This document shows positions 59,591 to 64,000 of a stretch of DNA of 64,000 bases, one piece after another (the first letter of the stretch is position 1; every line of letters begins with the position of its first letter). Position numbers and translations under genes: made by a program. The DNA comes from a virus. The notes under the pieces are model-generated. The model did not search any database. It was not told where the DNA came from and was given only the letters and a program-made list of their open reading frames with translations. The stretch spans positions 13,506 through 77,505 of IMG/VR virus record IMGVR_UViG_3300045988_116799. One strand, written 5' to 3'.

Positions 59591-59909
59591 TGTCGTATTG
59601 TTTAAGGAGTTCTTTGATTTCGTTGTACAGGTTTACGATTACTTTGTCTTTGGCCTGTAAATACTGCCAATAGCGTCTTGTCTGATTGATAACGTTCTGT
59701 CGGGTGCGCGAGATAAGCAAAGCTGCCCGTTCTGGGTGTACACTATAGTCTCTCGTCAGGACGCAGTACAACCCCCGTAATACATTCGTCTTTACAGTCT
59801 TTGTTTCTGAAACAAGCTGAATGAATGTAACACCGCCAACGGAGCATACAGCATTAAGAATACGGTCTGCCCACATATACTGTTCTGTCTGTGAATATGT
59901 CATAAGCAT
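59574..59909 (-). CDS. Hypothetical protein with a DnaA-C-like HTH
   Basis: 111 aa; LRGLYCVLTRDYSVHPERAALLISRTRQNVINQTRRY resembles the DnaA domain IV HTH; a TATATTTG box lies at 59931-59938. Confidence 0.35.
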   Translation of the reverse strand: MLMTYSQTEQYMWADRILNAVCSVGGVTFIQLVSETKTVKTNVLRGLYCVLTRDYSVHPERAALLISRTRQNVINQTRRYWQYLQAKDKVIVNLYNEIKELLKQYDNEKRL

Positions 59910-59945
59910 AATTTTTATGGTTTAACGCTGCAAATATAGCAAAAA

Positions 59946-60030
59946 CTAATAGAAAACTAAACTTTACTATTAATAAATTATAAAATATTAATCAAACCTA
60001 TTAGTATTACAGAATAATTTATTAATTTTG
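59946..60030 (+). promoter_or_regulatory. Early promoter cassette (copy 5, divergent region)
   Basis: ACTAATAGAA, CCTATTAGTA and TTTATTAATTTTGTGGTGTGAAAA; -7 box at 60023-60030; ~150-nt leader. Confidence 0.45.
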
Positions 60031-60182
60031 TGGTGTGAAAAATAGAAAGTTATTAGTCACCACTAAACGACTTGTGTACATCGTGAAGTGTATAAATGGA
60101 TTTAAGCCGCGTCTTCACCGACGCATTAAATACGAAGCGATAAGGTAAGTACACAACCTTGTCGCTTTTGCTTTTTACAGAC

Positions 60183-60920
60183 ATGAAGATAAAGAGAATT
60201 ATAATAAATCAGATGTATCGCAATTCTCAATTGAGAAAAGCGATAGCATTCTCTTTGTTTGTAAAAGCCCACACTCGCAATTCTATTGTTAAAAATTGGA
60301 GTATCAACAAATTACATGATATTACAGGTGTAAGCGTAAATGCTATCAGAGATAGACTGTTTATCCTTAAAAATATGGAATTGATTGAAGAAACAGGTCT
60401 TGACAACAAGCATCTTGTTTTTAAATCACTGCATAGTCATACAGCACATCGCAACATTGTTATACCTGAGTTTACATTTCAACCTAATACTAACTTAAAA
60501 AAGAATGCTTATGCACAAGAAATAAAAAACATAGAGAATACATTGACCGCTATGTTGCTTGTCGAAATACAACGTCGAAAGAATTTTGCAAAACAAATGA
60601 TTCAGCAAAGACATGAACCGTGCTCGAAAAAAGAATACACGGAAGCTGTCAAGACTTGTAATCGTTTTGGTTATGGCAATAAATTCGTAGACAACGGTAT
60701 TTCGTATAAATATATGGCGGCGAAAATTGGAATGTCTGTTTGCAAATCAATACAGATTGTAAAATTTGCGGTAAAATACAAAATCATAAAGAAGATACGC
60801 AATATCTGTAAGCGTATCGCAATCTGTAGCAAATACACAGAAGACATGCTTATTAACTACACGTATAGTTATCGTAATCATATATATAAAAATTTCGCCA
60901 ACAAATACGTCACCATATGA
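60183..60920 (+). CDS. Winged-helix/HTH DNA-binding protein, paralog of 33946..34683
   Basis: The track ORF starts at a TTG at 60159; ATG at 60183; KNWSINKLHDITGVSVNAIRDRLFILKNMELI and GISYKYMAAKIGMSVCKSIQIVKFAVKYKI. Confidence 0.55.
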   Translation: MKIKRIIINQMYRNSQLRKAIAFSLFVKAHTRNSIVKNWSINKLHDITGVSVNAIRDRLFILKNMELIEETGLDNKHLVFKSLHSHTAHRNIVIPEFTFQPNTNLKKNAYAQEIKNIENTLTAMLLVEIQRRKNFAKQMIQQRHEPCSKKEYTEAVKTCNRFGYGNKFVDNGISYKYMAAKIGMSVCKSIQIVKFAVKYKIIKKIRNICKRIAICSKYTEDMLINYTYSYRNHIYKNFANKYVTI

Positions 60921-60978
60921 TATGGTATATATTTAATTTTAAAAATCTAAGATTGAGTTTAACGTAAAGAATAGAACA

Positions 60979-61275
60979 ATGAAGACAACAACAATTGACT
61001 TTGTAGATAATGCCACGACCAAGGAGGCTGGCATCTACGCAGTAAGGTACGGATGGGCATTCGTAAAGGGTGTGTGTCGTGAAGTGAACGAGTTTGTGCA
61101 TCGGCTGCCATGGGTGTGTGTAGGAGCTGTGCTGATAGCGGCAACGTCAGTGAGCTACGTGTGCATTGCGGAAGCGAGAGCGGAACGTGACAAGGCGAAC
61201 AAGGCGCAGCTGGAACTGCAACAGAAAGTAGAACAGCTCTCATGTGCTGTCGAAGCAGAAAGGAGTGCAAAATGA
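60979..61275 (+). CDS. Membrane-anchored coiled-coil protein
   Basis: 98 aa; a TM helix followed by a helical charged tail. Confidence 0.4.
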   Translation: MKTTTIDFVDNATTKEAGIYAVRYGWAFVKGVCREVNEFVHRLPWVCVGAVLIAATSVSYVCIAEARAERDKANKAQLELQQKVEQLSCAVEAERSAK

Positions 61276-61481
61276 ATCACAATCCATTTATGCTTCGTGA
61301 GCAGCGCACAGCTATCCTCACATTCGACAACGGTCAGCGTGTTCGTGCTGAAATTCTCATTCCCAAGTCAGACCGACCAATCTATCACGACGACCTCGAA
61401 CGTCGCTTCATTGAAGACTTCCACAAGTCGCAGCCTCGGGCTGTACACAAGTTAGTCAAAGTGCATATCCTGCGCAATTAA
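61272..61481 (+). CDS. Hypothetical small protein
   Basis: ATG at 61272 (MNHNPFML...), 4-nt overlap with the upstream gene. Confidence 0.4.
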   Translation: MNHNPFMLREQRTAILTFDNGQRVRAEILIPKSDRPIYHDDLERRFIEDFHKSQPRAVHKLVKVHILRN

Positions 61482-61607
61482 TCAGCGAACATATAAAAAC
61501 GGTAAAAATAACAGAACTATGAAAGAAGAATACACCTCATGGGAGTACTTCAAGGAAGATACTCCTATTACCAACATTCAAGTAAATTCTTAACACTATT
61601 TGTAACT

Positions 61608-61859
61608 ATGAAGAAGAAAATCAAGACATGGCTCATACACCTTCTGGGTGGAGTGACAGTTGCTGAAAGTAGAAAGAAAGGTGAAAAACTTTTCGATTTT
61701 GGTATGCAAGGTGCATGCATCGATATTCGTGACTATGCCGATTCTCTCTACGGCAAGCCTGCCGATGAATGGAGCGAGTTGATGTACGAGTTTATATGTG
61801 GACTACAAGAACGTCTTACCCATGGAGCTGACAAAGAAAGACCAACGGCACATCCGTAA
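61608..61859 (+). CDS. Hypothetical small protein
   Basis: The track ORF starts at 61539; the ATG at 61608 (MKKKIKTWLIHLLGG) is more likely. Confidence 0.35.
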   Translation: MKKKIKTWLIHLLGGVTVAESRKKGEKLFDFGMQGACIDIRDYADSLYGKPADEWSELMYEFICGLQERLTHGADKERPTAHP

Positions 61860-62013
61860 CGTGGCTGCAAGGGACGTGTGGAGCGTTACCGACCATGCTT
61901 CCGAATATGCACAGCTATATAGGATTGCATACTACAAGGAGGTGGTAAAGCACCTGCAAAACAAAATCAACATATTAGAAGAACAATATAAGAAGACGTA
62001 TAACAATGAATAA
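61822..62013 (+). CDS. Hypothetical small protein
   Basis: The track ORF has a GTG at 61798; first ATG at 61822. Confidence 0.35.
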   Translation: MELTKKDQRHIRNVAARDVWSVTDHASEYAQLYRIAYYKEVVKHLQNKINILEEQYKKTYNNE

Positions 62014-62266
62014 ATATTACTACTTCGTTGCGACTGTTCATACTGACACTGACATCAGCTTGTACTGTGGGACGTGGGAAACATCAGACGACGATTTTCC
62101 GTTGATGTATATACGAAAACGTATAGCCAAGCAGTTAAACGTACCAACGAAAAATTGGCATCAGGCAAGCCCAAGACCTACTACCGCACCCGGTACAGCG
62201 AATGGGTCACGGAAAAGACATTTATTACACAATATCAGAAAATCAGAGAAAAATTCTAAGTTATGA
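62006..62266 (+). CDS. Hypothetical protein
   Basis: 86-aa ORF. Confidence 0.4.
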   Translation: MNKYYYFVATVHTDTDISLYCGTWETSDDDFPLMYIRKRIAKQLNVPTKNWHQASPRPTTAPGTANGSRKRHLLHNIRKSEKNSKL

Positions 62267-62469
62267 TAATAGAAATATTGAAAATCATCGCCAGCCTCTC
62301 TATCACCATAGCACTCTTCTATACTTTCTTTAAAGTTGGCAGACTGAGTGCTTACGACCGTCTTATGGAGCATTTTAACGATGCTGTTAAGCTTATTAGC
62401 AAGCAGGAAGTAATAATCCAAACTTACGAACAAAAGCTTAAGGAAATAGAAAAGGAAGCACAGCAATGA
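62263..62469 (+). CDS. Small membrane-anchored protein
   Basis: 68 aa; N-terminal hydrophobic helix. Confidence 0.4.
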   Translation: MIIEILKIIASLSITIALFYTFFKVGRLSAYDRLMEHFNDAVKLISKQEVIIQTYEQKLKEIEKEAQQ

Positions 62470-62687
62470 AAGACGTATTCACAATTCATCAAGCCGACAA
62501 CGGCATCATGCTGAAATCGGACGAATATGTAGAGGTGATAGAGAACAGTCACGAGCCCGACGGCAAGGGTAAGGATAATCTTTATCTCAACCTCGGAAGG
62601 TATCTCTACAGCATGATAGAGTGCGCGATGAACAGAGATATATCGAACAACGTTCAAGTAGAACTCAACATAACGAAAATTGAATAA
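62466..62687 (+). CDS. Hypothetical small protein
   Basis: 73-aa ORF; ATGA overlap. Confidence 0.4.
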   Translation: MKDVFTIHQADNGIMLKSDEYVEVIENSHEPDGKGKDNLYLNLGRYLYSMIECAMNRDISNNVQVELNITKIE

Positions 62688-63015
62688 CATGATAGACGAA
62701 AAGAAAATCACAGAAGCTGTAAACGCATACATCGGCTATGCTAAAGAGATTGACGAGGGTATAGAAACATCTATGAGACGTGATGCTTTCCGTGCTGGAG
62801 TGGAATGGTTCAAGCAAGCTATTTGGTATGACGCAAGCGAGAAACCACAAGGTTCGGCTGCTATTCTTTACCTGTGGCACGACGAGCAAGGTGGTATGGA
62901 CGTTGGTATTGATGGTGTATTCGACGATTTAGAATGGAAGAAATTCGTTGAGTGTAACAAAATCACCAAGTGGTGCTACATCAATAACATATTGCCGAAA
63001 GGAGGTGACAAATGA
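62680..63015 (+). CDS. Hypothetical protein
   Basis: 111-aa ORF. Confidence 0.45.
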   Translation: MNNMIDEKKITEAVNAYIGYAKEIDEGIETSMRRDAFRAGVEWFKQAIWYDASEKPQGSAAILYLWHDEQGGMDVGIDGVFDDLEWKKFVECNKITKWCYINNILPKGGDK

Positions 63016-63434
63016 TTAAAGCAGAAGACCTGAGAATAGGAGACCTTGTTCGTGTCAACAAAAACGACTCTATCAAAAATGGACTTATTGGCAAGGTGAC
63101 TGATATAGACTCACTAAGGGAGTACAAAGAAAAGAAAGGTGCCATTACTCTGAATACCATTGAAGATGATGGTTGGTATTGGGGAGTATGGTGTTGCAAC
63201 ATTGAGCCTATCCCCCTTACTCCCGAAATCCTTGAAAAGAACGGGTGGGAGCGAGATAAACTGGTGACATACATTTATGGTCACGAAGCTCACTACATCG
63301 AAGTTATCTGCACTCCTAATAGCGAATGGGTGTATGTTACTTTTAAAGGTGAAACCATACACAGGATAAAGTACGTCCACGAACTTCAGCGCATACTTTG
63401 GGCGTTGGGCTTGGATGCTAATCTAAAGATATAA
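63012..63434 (+). CDS. Hypothetical protein
   Basis: 140-aa ORF. Confidence 0.45.
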   Translation: MIKAEDLRIGDLVRVNKNDSIKNGLIGKVTDIDSLREYKEKKGAITLNTIEDDGWYWGVWCCNIEPIPLTPEILEKNGWERDKLVTYIYGHEAHYIEVICTPNSEWVYVTFKGETIHRIKYVHELQRILWALGLDANLKI

Positions 63435-63469
63435 ACCAAATCTAACAATTTTTTAAAAACAAAGAAACA

Positions 63470-63753
63470 ATGGAAACAAACATCGGAAAGAAAGTAATTA
63501 TCCGTGGCGACCGCAGCGGAGTAGAGTTCGGAACACTTGTAGCACAGAATGGCAGAGAAGTGACGTTGCACAACGTTCGTCGCCTATGGTATTGGGATGG
63601 TGCGGCTTCATTATCACAGCTTGCCAAGGATGGTACGTCAAACCCTGGGAACTGCAAGTTTACTGTCACGGTTGGTAGTATCACAATACTCGACACAATC
63701 GAGATTATCCCTTGTACAGACAAGGCTATTAAGTCTATAGAGGAGGTAAGAGA

Positions 63754-63766
<13 letters not shown>
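63470..63766 (+). CDS. Conserved phage hypothetical protein
   Basis: 98 aa; RRLWYWDGAASLSQLAKDG...NCKF...IEIIPCT recalled from many phage genomes as an uncharacterised family. Confidence 0.5.

Positions 63767-64000
<234 letters not shown>

Overview
The window is almost entirely tailed-phage (siphovirus-like) DNA, either a phage genome or a prophage. The host is probably Bacteroidales, because TAnnTTTG -7 promoter boxes recur upstream of genes. A long minus-strand late region runs from ~56.0 kb down to ~1.1 kb. In order it encodes a ParB-methyltransferase, a short MetK-like protein, small and large terminase, portal and a MuF/gp7-like head protein carrying an intein. It continues with scaffold, decoration and major capsid proteins, connectors, major tail, chaperones with a -1 frameshift site and an 1841-aa tape measure. 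The distal part encodes Dit, a 1867-aa Tal-like protein, the tail fibre and a lysis cassette. A complete diversity-generating retroelement (RT, TR, VR) is embedded in the tail-fibre module. Plus-strand early/accessory blocks (35.0-45.8 kb and 60.2-64.0 kb) and small minus-strand islands carry four Bro-N/KilAC antirepressor-like genes and a dUTPase. They also carry nuclease-like genes, a VRR-NUC nuclease, an SSB-like protein, DNA methyltransferases and many small hypothetical genes. The most unusual non-coding signal is a duplicated ~215-nt structured 5' leader upstream of two antirepressor-like genes. It contains a three-way covarying 12-mer and an internal terminator-like helix. Other notable points are repeated promoter/leader cassettes, a shared upstream motif at late promoters and an in-frame TAA splitting a methyltransferase-DUF4942 gene. 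There is also a homopolymer frameshift in one Bro-N gene and a perfect hexanucleotide (Ser/Asp/Tyr-Gly) repeat ORF at the window end. No rRNA, tRNA, CRISPR array or integrase was recognised. All functional calls come from reading motifs and gene order by eye; no database search was run.
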